In this document: one piece after another, positions 1 to 14,000 of the stretch | How positions within the stretch are numbered: position 1 is the first letter of the stretch | Layout: every line of letters begins with the position of its first letter | Assembly: GCF_030684315.1 (NCBI RefSeq) | Contig: NC_081365.1 | Span: 31,957,394 to 32,021,393 of the forward strand | Source of the DNA: Stegostoma tigrinum | Taxonomy: Eukaryota | Direction of reading: 5' to 3' | Length of the DNA: 64,000 nucleotides | Program-made: the position numbers and the translations under genes | The notes under the pieces: generated by a model | The model's input: the letters and a program-made list of their open reading frames with translations, nothing else | Database searches by the model: none | Told to the model about the DNA's origin: nothing

Positions 1-660
1 TAGAGGTCCTCTTTAAGGCAAGAGAATCAATTGACCATTTTATCAGCGGGTGCAGAGACGAGTTGGACAGTGTGCAATCTGTTGCAGCCACAGTCCTGCA
101 TTCCAAGATCTTTACAAATTATGCAATGCCAAAGAACACTGGATCTGCCAGTGCAAGAAATATGCTTCCAAAAATATAAATAGAGGCTACGCTAAGACAT
201 GGCCACAGAAAAACCATGCGTATCATTGTAGCAGCAACAATAGGGAGTTGGCCAGAGACCTGCGAAAGTATAAACCAGATACATGATGTTATCAGCAAGA
301 TGGACCAGTTAGTGTGGAAGAACCTTCAACCTAAAACTAATTTATTCACTGTAGATAGTGATGATTTTCTCCTAGTTCCCAGCTATTTTTCTAAATTTGC
401 AGTTGTCAATTAAAAGACATTTCAAGCATATCCATTGCAGACAAAATGAGTGCAGTGTTCATGTTGACCACTACCCCTGAAGAGATCATATCTGACAATG
501 TGCTACATTGTAAAGGCAGACTTTTCAGGATCATGTATGCGATAGGGTTGTAAACCCTATGGGGTGTAAACCAGCCTCATCCCATTATCTCAGAACCAGT
601 AGTCTCGCTGAATGAATGGTTCACATTCTCTAAGCACTAATTACGAAGTGTAGGGTTTGT
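1..660 (+). mobile_element. Decayed Ty3/Gypsy LTR-retrotransposon integrase remnant
   Basis: Fragmentary translations resemble a retroviral-type integrase core: LFTVDSDDFLLVPSYFSKF (ORF 216-413), PEEIISDN at ~476-500 and PHY..S.LAE.MV at ~582-625. Many stops and frameshifts. Confidence 0.65.
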
Positions 661-1875
661 TACTGCATTCTGCCTTTTGGATATGGGAGATCCTGTTTGG
701 AAACCAGGTTAGGATAAACCTTTCAAGCCATATCCTGTCCCAGGTTCTTGGAGACACAGAGTGAAAACTTTTCACAAAACGAGAAAGTAAAGATGGCACA
801 TGATCCACATGCCTAATCATAAGTTTGACAAGTGTTCAGCATTACACAAGGGATATCCAGAGAGGTTCCCAAAGTGTGCACTAAGCCTCGATCATATAAA
901 GTCACAGCATCGAATGGGCACCATAAAGAAAGACAGAACTTGGATCTCTAAAATATTCCAATTGTGCACAAAATGCATGCAAAAATAAGCTTGGACAATG
1001 AAGGTGAGGAAGATAGACAGACATGACAGCAAACAACCGGCAAAATTTCACCTCATTCACAAGTTGAGAACACCCATGTGTGAAGTCTAATTGTCTGGAC
1101 GCTTACACCATCCAGAGAGTTGTCAAGCTACTTATAAGTTAAACTGACTGTAAAGCACTTCAGTTTTTTTAGTTATTTTTTGTGTAAATAGCATTGCAAC
1201 TACTCAAATGTATGTACACTTTCATTCTTAATACATGTCACTCTATCCTTTAATGGTGGGGTTGAGGACGGAATCTTTTGTTATTGCTTTAAGTGCTGGA
1301 TATGCTGACGAGTCAGGGACCAGGATGAAACACATGACCAACTACCATATGCAGTCTGGCAAAAGTGAGTTGCATGTATTGTTGTTAGTGACTGCAAGTT
1401 GTAGCCTGAGCCATTGAATAAATCTGAGTTTTCACATAAACTGAATCCACTCTTCTTAATCTGTGTTACTTGCCAATAACGCAAGAGATATGACTCCGGG
1501 TATGCCATTGAATAGCAATGACAGGTTCCCATCCTGAAGGATCGTCATGAGGTTTTGGATATTTTCAACAATCTGACAGTCCACAGATTATTAGATTCAG
1601 ACTTCTGGATTACCAATTCTGCATTATGCCCTCTGCACTACTTGTGCTTACACATTAACCTGAGCAGTTCTTTGCTCCTAGATGGTGAGTTTTTAAACAT
1701 GTTCACAAGCCAGATAAATGCACTTATTTCTCAAAATGTTTAAGTAGAACCTGTTTAAGTTAAAAATTGCTGAGTAAGTCTCTCAAAAAGGTCAGAAGTA
1801 AAATGCTTAAGTTGAACCCAAACTGCAGAATTCTATATAAATAACCTTAGTAAGTAGGATTGGTAAGCTACAGAA

Positions 1876-2075
1876 ACAAAAACAAGAATTGCTGGAAAGC
1901 TTAGCAGGTCTGGCAGCTTCTGTTCAGAGAAATCAGAGTTAATGTTTCGAGTCCAGTGACCCTGAGAGGAGCCCTTATGAAGAAAGGTTCCTGGACCCGA
2001 AACATTAACTCTGATTTCTCTGCACAGACCTGCTGAGCTTTCTCGCAATTTCTGTTTGTTTCTCTGATTTCCAAT
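1876..2075. mobile_element. Short palindromic element (family C, degenerate hammerhead-core repeat)
   Basis: Inverted arms GAATTGC..AGCAGGTCTG..GAGTTAATGTTTCG / CGAAACATTAACTC..CAGACCTGCTGAG..GCAATTTC. Similar copies at ~15250, 23000, 30885, 37295, 44490 and 54335. Confidence 0.75.
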
Positions 2076-2501
2076 GTATACCGATTTCTTTTTTGTTAAG
2101 CTACAGCATTAGTGTGCTATCCTCTGGCCGTACTTAGAAACTCTAAGACAGTGCCACAATGTATTTTTGGTAGATATTTCTCCATCCTGGACAAAGAGCA
2201 AAATAGTAGCAGAAACCTATCTGGGTTCCAGATCTCTCATGTATAGGGAATCATGAAAAGTGAGGTAGTTGCCTAACAGAAAAGGTCATGAACAAACCAA
2301 AAACCTTCTGCAGTTGGTTGGTTATGCAATAATTTGAAGACACCTCCAGGTTAGTCAATATCCCTCTGTCAAAGATGGATGTATAGAATGGAATTACTAA
2401 CTAAAACAATGAAAGTAGTTTGTTTTTAAGTGAATCAACAGTTTTTGGCTTTTCTCTCTTTACAAATTGCCTAAGCCGTCATTGCATTTCACTTTTTGCA
2501 G

Positions 2502-2709
2502 ATCTATCAAAGGAGAAGATACAATGTAAGCAAGAAAAGAAAAAGCAGCCACTAAAGACAGACCCTTCTGTTGGTGGAGTCAACTATAGTCATTCAGAAA
2601 CTGAACAGGCATGCAGCATTTCTCCAGAAGTACAAGCAACCTCTGCAATCCCAGCATTCTTCAGTCTAGCTGCCTTGGCAGAAGTTGCAGCAATGGAGAA
2701 TGCACATAG
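2502..2709 (+). CDS. BBX: HMG-box transcription factor BBX, penultimate coding exon
   Basis: Acceptor tttttgcag ends at 2501 and donor GTGAGG starts at 2710. Translation ends ...SAIPAFFSLAALAEVAAMENAHR, matching the recalled human BBX C-terminus (PAFFSLAALAEVAAMENVHR). Confidence 0.92.
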
Positions 2710-2754
2710 GTGAGGTGACTAATAAGGCTTTGCTATTTCATAGAAAAACAGTCA

Positions 2755-3340
2755 GGATTGTTAGAGAAGTACTGGAATCAATTATTAAGGAGGTTATAGC
2801 AGAACATTTGGGAAATCATAATCTAATCAAGCAGAGTCAGCACAACTTCATGAAAGGGAAATTACATTTGTCTGAATTATTGGAGATTTTCAAAGAAGTC
2901 CCAACCTGAATGGATAGAGGGAAACCAATAGATGTGTTGTGCTTGGACTTCCAGAAAGCGTTCAACAAGGTACCTTACAAAAGGTTAAGTCATAAGATAA
3001 GATCCCATGAAGTTGGACGTCATGCATTAGAATGGAAAGAGAATTGGCTTATGGGCAGGAAACAGTGAGTGGGATAAGGGGGTCATTTTCAGGTTGGTGA
3101 TCTGCGACCGGTGGTGTTCCACAGGGATCAGTGCTGAGACCATGGCTGACAAAGGCAGTCAGGGACAGCACAAAACCAAAAGAAAAAGCAAGCAATGTCG
3201 TGAAGAAATGTGGTGGGAAGCCAGAAACAGTGAGGGGGAGATGATGAAATGTAAGAGTAAACTAACTGGTAATATAAAAGAAAATTATAAAAGTTTTTTT
3301 AGATATCTAAAAGATAAGAGAGGCAAGCTTGGACTGCTGG
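2755..3340 (+). mobile_element. CR1 LINE ORF2 (RT) fragments
   Basis: VLESIIKEVIAEHL..QSQHNFMKGK, then D.LCLDFQKAFNKVP and NIKENYKSFFRYLK, all typical of CR1 ORF2. Disrupted by stops. Confidence 0.85.
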
Positions 3341-4354
3341 AGAAAGGCAATAAACAGGTGTTTGAAAAAACATTCAAAAGTAAGGTAAGAAATGTAAAAG
3401 GTGCTGAAATCTTTTAACAAGATAACCGCTTCTTTTGCAGCTGTATAAACATTCCCTATACCTTATAGGAGTATCACAACTGTTTCAACAAAACCAGCTG
3501 AATGGAAGGCCACATACTACATTACTGCATAAATGACATCTTTAACATTTAAAACGAATTCTGGCAATTAATGTTGGCAAGAACTTTTAAACTTGTTTGT
3601 TGAAAATATCCTGTCTCCGTTACAGGCTCCTGCCAGTGTTCATAAACTGGCTTATCTGGTGTGCTTCTCAAAATCTTCAAGAACCCGCCCACCCCAATGA
3701 AAATAGTAACTTAAGGGGCACTTGTATTCGGAACACACAATTTAAATAGCAGCACTATTGTCATTTGAAGCATGTGCCAGGTCGCAACCCACTACCCAAA
3801 CTGGGAAAACAGGCGAACAGTAGCAATGGCCTGATAAATGTAAAGTTGAGGCCCCAGAATTTCCCTTTGATCACCTGGTGCAAGTTTTCACAGTAATGAA
3901 AAATCAGCCTCTAGTCTTTAGTTAGTGGAATAGATGGGAAAGCTGTAATGTCAGGTTCCACTGGGCAGCCTTGTCCCAGGAAAACTAGGCAAGAGACCAG
4001 GTTCATCTTCCAGTTTGTCCCAACTGTATTCATCGCCCACATCCCCGCCACCACCCAGCCCACACTCACCGCATGTCATGCCCACGCCCTCCCCAAAATC
4101 CAACAAATCAATGAGCAAGTTGAAGGAAGCAGGAGTCCTATACAACAGTCTTCCTTCTTTAGTCATTGGGCTTTAAAAAATCAATTTTCCTTCGGGGCAA
4201 GGTTACGAAACTAACCCCCATTTATTAACAGTGTTGCATCTGTGAGCATTTCCTGTCAACTTTTATTATTTTCTGCCTCTTATTTCTTTGTTTCCAATAG
4301 TACCATTATTTTGGCTGTTTAAGGAAGAATAATAGGAAATCAATGAAGAGGGCC

Positions 4355-4612
4355 CACTTGTGGTGGCTCAGTGGTTAGCATTGTTGCCTCATAATGCCAG
4401 ATACCCAGGTGTGGAGCTTGCACATTTTCCTCATGTCTGCATGGGTTTCCTCTGGGTGCTCCAGTTGATGCAGGTTGGATAGATTGGCCATGGGAAATGC
4501 GGGCTTAGTGTTTTGGTAAGGGCCGGCTCTGGGTGGGATGTTCTTTGGAGGGTTGCTGCAGGCTCGATGGACTGAGTGGCCTCTTTCCACATTTTAGGGG
4601 GTTCTAAGATTC
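4355..4612 (+). mobile_element. tRNA-derived HE1/V-SINE-type SINE
   Basis: A-box-like GTGGCTCAGTGGTTAGCA, V-SINE core TGTGGAGCTTGCACATTTTCC..GGGTTTCCTCTGGGTGCTCCAGTT and a CR1-like TTCTA tail. Confidence 0.8.
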
Positions 4613-4956
4613 TATCTTTTTATAATGCATGGTCCACGTGGAGACAGAGTGTATGCCTGACAATCTTATTGGGGCATTTTAAAAGTTGTTGAGAAGATTC
4701 TAGTTTCGCAGTCTAGCTTTCATAGTGTCTTTGTAGTGTTGGTCTGTTTATCCCATCTAAGTGAATGATTTGCATACTAAGTAAATGTGCTATTCACAGT
4801 ACTTCACTTCAGTCCAAATACAAAAGGGTTGTTAGTAGATACACCTTCACAGCATGCATGTCTCCAGGAAAAGCTTGGCATTAATGCTGGCATTTGATTT
4901 TGTTGATCAATGTGTATATCTGTAGTATTGATTACCTTTGTTTCTTCCATCTGCAG

Positions 4957-5044
4957 AGGCCAGCGTGCAGTTTCTCTAAACCATGATGGACAGCCTAAGG
5001 AAATGGCACAAACCTCAGTACTTATCCCCTGTGCAGACCAATAA
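4957..5044 (+). CDS. BBX: BBX last coding exon
   Basis: Acceptor ttccatctgcag ends at 4956. A phase-2 join gives R-GQRAVSLNHDGQPKEMAQTSVLIPCADQ*, against recalled human GQRSTPLTHDGQPKEMPQAPVLISCADQ*. Confidence 0.93.
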
Positions 5045-8000
5045 TGCATTATTATTTTGTATCTCTACAAAGCCTGGAACACATAAGATGGGTCAGTTCG
5101 ACCTAATATTGACTGCGTTGTCAGAGTGTCATCCTCTCGTGACTGGGTACCTCACACAACAGCTGGGAAACACTGGTTCAGCGGAGCCCCATGGACAGGC
5201 TCAGAAATTGGGCATCAAACGTTTACGAATGGGGCTAAACCAGTTTCTTCAGCTTTTGGTTCCCTATCTGAAGGCAACCTGGTATATAAAAAGAATAGCT
5301 GTTACACAGAACAACTGCCCATGAAACCTACTGGCAATTCTTGCCACTGCACGCTACACGATCAGTGTGAGCCACTCACGTTTGCTGCAAATTCTAGCTT
5401 TTCTTAAGTAACACTGATGCACTGTGCTAGTGACTAGATATCGTCAACCTCTGTTTTTCCTTTTTTTTTGAAAGCATACTATGATTTTGAGTTTCATGGA
5501 AACTGTTTAATCATGAACTTCTGCCTGATTACTGAAATGATATGGCAGGAAAAATATTATTGAAAGTTCTTTACATTTGCCCATTGCATTAAGATATTTT
5601 ATTTCAATGGCACCATTATTTAGTTGAAATCTCTGTTAATCTGTAGTTAAGTTTAATAGCACAACATGTCTCTGTGCAGACAGTAAGTACCTTTTGTTAC
5701 ACACAATCTTTGTGCTTTCCTTTTTTTGTTTTCAATGATGATTTAGTACCTATTATTTTTGCTTTCTCTTGCTAAACCTCACTGACCCTGCAAGGGGACA
5801 GTTTACTGGACGTGACTGTTTTCCAATATACTGTTAAGATGTGTAAAGTAATTTGCTTATTTTTTAAGCAATTAGGCACTAATAGTGGCAGAAATCCTGC
5901 AAAGCTTTTTAGGTCCCAACTGTTGCACTGCTGTGTTTTTTTTACAGTGAATGATTATTATGATGGTTATAGGGTTACTAATTCAACAAATTACTGAGAA
6001 GATATTCAGGTTTTATTTCAGGTTGCAGAAGTATATCAGCACAAAGGAAAAAAAGTCTTCTGTCAGACCAACAGCTAGAATTACTGATGTTTCATACTGC
6101 TTAGCTTGAATACAAAATATCTTTCTTCCCATTTGGTTGAAGATCATGTTACCAGAATGGCAAACAACATGGACTGTAAATGAAGTTTCAAAGCAGTAGC
6201 ACAATTTTGAGGGTCAATGAAGTAATCAGCAGCACACAAAGACAGTTCTTCACTTCCATGAAGCCATGAAATAATATAAGACCAGTTGGTGCATGGATAT
6301 TGTGATTGTTAGTGCAACATCCTGACGTCAACAAATACAAGATATTAATTGTGCAAGACAAAGTCTATTTTTTGGTGTTCTGTATGTAATATACCCAGTT
6401 TTTATAAGCTGCACATAAGGATTAGTACATGCTGTTCACATCAGAAATGTTTTGTTCTTTCAGAAGATTGTGACTGGAATTTGCATTAGAAAGCTAATAA
6501 TAAGTACCATGGCACAGTTATAATGAAACATGTATTAGATGCTGCCGTCTGAACTAAACAAATCTATAGTTGATATACAAAATCTATTTCTGTCTGGATT
6601 GAACACATATTAAACCTGAGCAAAATCAGACTCAGGCAAGATGTTCTTAACAGATTCAGATTTAGTCTAATTTTAATCTTGAATATTTTTGATAAATTGT
6701 CATATTTACAGCTGTGTTAAAGTTTTGGTAAATCTGATATGAAAAATCTATGAAATGTTGGTTTCTCAGTTCAGATTTGTGCTTCAAAAAATAATATCTC
6801 GAAGGGTGTAGTGGTAGGAGAGAAAGCTATCTGTACACAGTCACCTTTTTGAGTTTTAAATTTATTAGTGCTTTTCAATATACTTTTCTCTCATTTAGCT
6901 CTATGATGACCGTTATAAATTTATTCAAAATGCCTTGCTTTGAACCCTGATTTTGACAATAAGATAAATAGGTTTTTTGATCCTCGGGGATTGGATTTGA
7001 TTTAGTTTCAAACGAGTTTCTAGGTATAGATACTTGGAAGGTGTGTAATGGTTGCCCTGAAGAAGATGAAAATACAAATAATACGTCAGTATTAGTCGTG
7101 ATCAGGATTTTTAAAACAGAAATCAGTTTCCATTATGGCTTTGTGGCTTCATGAATCACCATTGAATTAAGATGCAATTTTCATTTGCGATCTTGGGCTG
7201 CATCAGCTGATCTCCCTCGTGTTCTGTAGTAATCTGGTTTTTCCTTGGTGCCCCAGAGATTACCTGTACCTGTTGGGCGCGTCCAACGCACTGCTGTAAA
7301 TGAACTCATTGGTACCAAAACTGACCCTCGACTCTGTTGTCCGCAGTGTAAAATAGCAAGGCAATTGACCAGGATAGGGCAGTAGGACAGAAAAATGAAG
7401 AGAGCAATGTGCAGGAGTAAATTTTCTAAAATGTGCAGAACATAAAAACCTGGATAAGTCTAATTATTTCAGATTGGGCCAATGTTTACTTCTTTGTCTT
7501 TAAAGAATCATCTGTTCATGAGGTTAACAGTTTTATTTTTAGAGGCATTCATCCTAATACAGGTCTCACTGCAATTTTGTGCCAGTTTGTAGTTCATACT
7601 CAAACTTTGCATAGAGAGGAGAAGCAAGAATAGGTATCCATTAGATCCAAACAGAGTCTAAACTGCAAAGAACTGTAGCATTTCACTTTGAATCTCCAGG
7701 TGTCATTCAGAGAATGAACTTGTCAATTTTGCTGACAATGTGAAAATAGTCAGCTTTTACACATTAATGCTCAGAAGGTGCATTTACTTGCCTACTCCCT
7801 CCCCATACTCCATATTCTCCTCCTTGTTCAGCCCATCCATACTTAACTTTTACATGATAAAGCACTGAATTGAATATTCAGATTTCCATAGCAAAGTAGG
7901 CATTTGGACCTTGAGAAAGTTGTTGCAGTATTGTTGATCTGCTTTATTTCGAAGTTTTGGTTTTCACGGTTGAATACCAGGAAATGGATACACCTCTCTT

Positions 8001-11000
8001 AAAGCATTACAAACTTGTAAGTGAAAATCCTTCCCCTGACTTGTATCTGAAGTGTGCTTTTAATTTATCCAGGAACTAATACTGAACAGCACAAATTATC
8101 ATGAGGCATAAAATTTCTGTTTGTTTATGTAAACAGATCCTGAAATGTTTTTGTTAAACCATGCTGAGATCTTTACATCAATCTTGAGTTATGTAAAATT
8201 AATTAAACGGGATTCAGGGTCTAAACTAAACTATAGAATTAAGGCAAATGGAAGTGAAATATTGTAACTTATTGCCACAACCTATGTAGAATTAATTGGA
8301 ACAAGGCTGCATTGTACTCAACTTCTTCAAGATTGATAGGACAGTTTCTCAGTTAGTTTTGGGGTTTGCACATCTCTTCCATTGGCTTGAAATAAGAACA
8401 GAAATGCCCATCCTGGTAACATGATCCTTGTGTGACTGCTTTATACAATTACTCATTACACTGTCATTCTAGCTGTAAAGAACGTTTTGTTAACTTTTTG
8501 TGCAATTGCCATCCTTTACTTGTCATTAGAAATGTCTTTTCCTCGTTGTAGAAACCAGCTTTTGCCCAAAGTCTAGCTAATATTTAAAAATGGGAAAAGT
8601 ACACTCATTACTGTATTTAAATGTTCATAATGCTTTTACACAAAAGTTGAGTATAATGAGAAAAAGTGTCTACTTTTTATGCCTGACCAAGTAGAATACA
8701 ATTCGTTGTATTTTTGCATTTATTTTTGTTTCCTTTACCTTTAATTGACTTTAAGTGACATTTCCATTAGATTAATAGTTGGGATGTGGAGTTTAACTAT
8801 GATCTCCTTTCTTTGAATTGTAACAAGAGCGTGTGATGATATTGAAGTATAGCTTGTTGCACTTGATATCACTTTTTAGCATGTGAAAAGGTCCTAAGAT
8901 TTGGATATGAACATAGATGTGAGTTCCTAAAAGCGCTACTATAATATGTATCAGCTTAATATGGGAGTGTGCCCATTTACTTATACTGAAGCACATTAAC
9001 ATTCATGGATGGGGAAGTGAGGAACAAGGAGAATTGATAATTCATCTACATGTTCTACAGTTTGTTTTTACTGCGATAATTTATTGTGTCAGAAGCATTG
9101 AAAACGGCAAGAGTTACCACAGAGTGAATTTATTATTCATTCAACACTGAAGCGGACAAGAAGAGTTATATCGTTGGGTTACAGGAATGGCTCACTTTAT
9201 TTTCCTTTCTTTGAAACATTAATAAACTCTTAAATTTTATGCTTGGACAGATTTAAATGGATATGCCAATTAAGACTTGGAAAAGATAAGATCTGTGCTA
9301 GAAATTTCCTTGAGGTTTCTCTTATTTTAAAACAATTACGTTAGCAGATATTTACCACAAATCTTGCTTAAGCATGAAGTCTGTTTAGCTGAAGAACAAG
9401 GGAAATCCCTGTAGAAATTCCCAAAATAGAAATTTAACAAACAGGAGATTAACCCTTTGGGCTTTCAGTGTTCACTGTTGTTTCCAAACAGGATAATTTT
9501 GTCCTTAGAGTCTATTTTGATGTTTTAATGTTTAATACAGAATTAAGTATTCGTGGAACATTAAATAGATAAGGGTTGTCTAACTAAACTTAACCATGCA
9601 TTTACCTTGTTGGACAATACATGCCCTGTCATTAAAAGTTAAATTTAATAGGTTGCTGCAGGGGAATAACTTTGTAATATCCCTGTTAAATGTGGCACCA
9701 ACAATGGTTTGTATCCATGTTGTAGATTGTGCCCCCACAGACATTGCTGTGACTAACCCAACATAAAGACCATAGAGCTGCATTTGACAGCTGGCATTAC
9801 AAGTTACATAATTAGTTATAGCAACTGTGTTGAATTTTCACAGAGTAAGTCATTTAAATGCACTAAACCAAGCATTACATTATATAGTGTAATTTCCTAC
9901 TGTCTAATGAGGAAAATAAGTGTCTAACCGTTCATTTGCAAGTGAAGTATTAGATTAGAGGAAGTAAATCTATAACTATCTACAGGATGATGCTTTGCCA
10001 GGCACTTGGATTGTCTACTTTGACGTGCTATTTTTAAATTCTTACGCCCCTAATCGATACATTATCAGCAAGATGGATATCAAAATCACGGACTTTTTCT
10101 TTGTAAGAATATACTGGGCAACAGAGTCAAATTGTAATTGTTGGTGAGACTGTCATGATGAAGTACCAGTTTTGGTTTTACCTAAATCTCTTTTACTCTT
10201 GCAAACAGCAGAGCTGTGAACAACATGTTATGTTTAATAGCATTCCCGTGGTAAATTGAGAATTCTGCCGCAGTTTCATTTTTCTTTTAATGTAACTTTC
10301 TTCAGAGTCACTTGGAAGCATTTGAAGCCAAAACTCAGTTGCAGCTGGTTAGTGATACGGGCTGCAAAAAAAATGTTTGGCAACCAAAAGTTCCCAAGCC
10401 GCCGTCATATTTTTCTTGTCAAAAAAGTGCAGCCTAAAATATCATTGAAGTTGTCACTAATTCACACTGATCATGACTTCAAGAGAATTAGCTAAAATGA
10501 AAAGTTTTAATGCAAGTTTGGTTACATCTGAAAGACCATTTGCACCTGAAAGTTGCTGTTATTCTATATGGGAATAGACTATTTAGTTACAGCTCAATTT
10601 ATACAGAAAGGATTTATCTGATTTTTTTGACGCAAATATTATTTGCAAAGCATAATCCAATTAACTTGTACTGATGAATTCTAGTTAGAGAGCTTTAATT
10701 ATTAGAAAATGCAATAACTCGCCGTTTATTGCAGCCCCTCATCATCGCTGTTCATAGTGAGCACAATGGTATGTGACTGTTCTAAGAATGGCATGGTGTG
10801 TGTGTTTCCAAATTTTGTTTGTAGGATACAGAAAAAGGGGTGACAGTGCAACAGTCTTAAAGGTGTAACTTCATTTCTGACAAATTGAGAATGGAAATTT
10901 GACAAATTCTGATTGTTAACAGCGCAATTAATTTTGTTTCAGGCCAGGTTTTCTAGTTGCTCAGTTCATCTGTCATACAAACAAACAACTGCTGAGCCAA

Positions 11001-14000
11001 AAGTTAGTTTGTCCTTAAACCATACTCTTGAGTAGTTAATGAAATAGCTACAGATTATTGCTGCAATGTAATTATTGTTTTGTTTAGCCAACTGAACCTA
11101 GGATGTTGATCCACTCTTTCATAGTGGTTACAAAAATATGCTGTGTGGATGTAACTTCTGAACTCAAATCTAACATGCACAATTTTTGAGTGTAGATGTT
11201 TATTTTAAATGAAGTTAGAATTATAACAGAATGGATAATATAACTTTGAGTAAAGTTTTTTTTATGAACGAGAATAAGGCACATTTAACAAACTCAAAAT
11301 GTGCAACATATTCTAGGATACTGTTTTATTTGGCCTTAAAAAATGTTTAGTAAGATATTTAACTATTTTTTTGAATTGGTGTTGGAGACAAAGATGGCTT
11401 TGCAAAAGTTAAACTTTTTTATTGTGCTGGATATAGTTGCTGCAGTAACAACTTGTGGCCAAAGAGATCATTCATAATTGCATTTCCTACATATTGATTC
11501 CAAATAAATAAAAAGTTTAATTTTTGGGAAAGAGATTTGGAAGATTAAGAATAACTCTAATGACCCAGTTATGTGTACCAGCTGAAATGTTTGTGCCATA
11601 CCCTTTCAGTCATGATTTCAAGTCATGGTGAAAGTAGCAAGATCAGTAGAGCACCTAAATAATGGTGGAAATGGTATGCAGTAATAAAGCATAGCCCACC
11701 ATTAGAAACAGTAGAATGTAGCCTACATGGGGTTGGCAGAGAACTAAGTGATGCACCTGTATTTTTGACCAAATGTATGATACAGTTTAATATTTCATAA
11801 ATTCAAGTTTGTTGTAGAGCAATTAACAAAATGATTCCAGTAGTATATTTTTAAATGGTGGTTTGACTGATAGACTGAAATATTTAATGTTTGTGGAAGG
11901 GTGGGGTGAACTAGTTTAATGATGTATTATTGATTTTAATTTTAAAACCAAAAAAAAAATGCAGGGATGTTTCCTGATTCACAAGTATTAAGCAAATTAT
12001 ATTTCATACAAACAAAATATAGACATAAATAATTAGATTCCAGAAGGTGGTCAATACCATGTTGACTATCCCAGAAAATCAACATTAGTCTTTATGAATG
12101 TCTGTGACCTCGAGGCTTTGATTTTAATACTGAGACTATTTAAAGGAAGACCCCAACGTGTTCCATACAAACATAGGGTTATACACTCTTCTGTTAATTC
12201 AGCCATATGTTTGCACTTAATTATTCAGTTTGCCATATTAGAGATTTCAATAGCACAACAAGGTGGGATGTTAATGCTCAAAATTGAACAGTCAGATAGT
12301 CTGACTTGGAAATAAAAGTAAACTGTACAGAGAAAAACATGTTCAGTTTGTAAAAACAAAGAAAAGTGGAGCACCATTAGTTTTAAGTTTTACACTTGTT
12401 TCCTGGCTGTTGACTGCCCCGTTACATGCCCAATATAGTCACGTGTCTGCCGACAGTGAATAAAATAACTATTATCGCGAAGAAAATTTCTGTTATATTA
12501 ACTGTTATATCTTTTAAATCTAAATTAGCGACATAATACCATCACACATAATAAGGCTGTTTATACAGACCTAAAAGTCTGTCACTGAGGCTGCCTGGTG
12601 ATTATTTTATTAAAAACAAATTTTCTGCCATTGTTCGTATTGTTCAAACTTGTTTAAGATTTCTTGAGTTATGTTGTCCCAGTCAATGCACTTCCAAAGA
12701 GCTGGCTGTTCAATGACAAACCATCCTGATATCAAGTCTGAGGCCTTGACATCTGTTGCAGCAGATACTCATTTGGAGGTCACCATTGTGATGTTTTAAA
12801 ATGACATTCATTCTCTTTTTTTATACTATTTTCAAACTTTTGATTTCGATTCAAGCCTAGATTGGTGTTCTTGTTTCAACAGTGCTATTATCATACTGTA
12901 TTTTGGATCTTAACTGTCATGCCAACTGTTTAATCTTTGCAAATGCATAGAACAATATAGAATGCTTCCTTTGAACATTCACAGCAAGTGAACTTTTACT
13001 GATGTAGTTGGAAAAATCCTCCTAGTTCACTGGGATTTAATTATTTGGGTGTGAGGTTCACGGAGCTGGACAACTGTCCACTATGAGCCAATGGGTTTGA
13101 TGCAAAAACTCGATCAGCGACAGAGCAAAACTGCAAATATCCCTCTGTTAATGAGTCGGATCACAGTTGACAGTTCTTCAGTTTTTGGAGGCCTTTGATG
13201 ATTCGTATGCTGCAAATTATTTATGTTCATAAAATGTAAAAAAAAGTTTCAGATGTGTAAATGTAACCATAGATACCAGTAGTGTCATTATGGCAGTGTT
13301 TGGTGGCAAATGTTTCATCACAGTTTGATATCTCAGGAAGGTGCTGAAACCTCTAATTGCATTAATCAAACTCATGCATCCAACACTTAATAAAATCACA
13401 ATTCACAAAAGTACCAAATTAGCAATGTAATTACATCACATAATAAGTCTGTTTATATAGACCTAAATGTCACAAGCTGAGGCTGCCCAGTGATTTTTAT
13501 TTAATTCTCTGCTGTTGTTCGTATTGTATAAACTTATTTAACAGATTTCTTGAGCTGTCCAAGTCAGTGCACTTCCAAAGAGCTGGCTGTTCAATGACAA
13601 ACAAACCATCGTAATATCAAGCGTGAGATCTTGAGATCTGTTGCAGAAACCATTAAGATGTAAAGGTCCCGTGTCATCACAGACTTTGTTCTGGATAACC
13701 CCACTCTATCTGAAAAGGACTAGCTAAGTGTGGTAACAATTGCAGTGGTATTTAAAAATTACTTGCAGGATTAGTACACTGTTAGGCATGCACAGAGCAG
13801 ATGTCATGACTTTAAATATTCAGTGACATCATTGCTCTACTGAAATATTTGCCTTTTACTCCTTGTTGCAGGCAACAAAGTAGATAACATAGAGCCTTTA
13901 TTTGTATGATCAATAGTGTACAACAATTCAGAACATTAACTGAAAGGATATGTGGTGTGCTTGAACAGCATCTTCAGTTTAATCTTGTAAGCTATTTGGT

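Noticed and set aside
4360-4410. tRNA gene
   Set aside because: Only the A-box-like head of a SINE, with no complete cloverleaf.
5030-5044. BBX C-terminal CADQ as a CaaX prenylation signal
   Set aside because: Asp at the a2 position is unfavourable, and BBX is a nuclear transcription factor.
4983-5407. ORFs 4983-5324 and 5126-5407
   Set aside because: Out of frame with the BBX last exon and running into the 3' UTR, with no recognisable homology.
6601-6646. Small stem-loop (CCTGAG/CTCAGG) as a pre-miRNA
   Set aside because: The stem is too short and interrupted to distinguish from chance.
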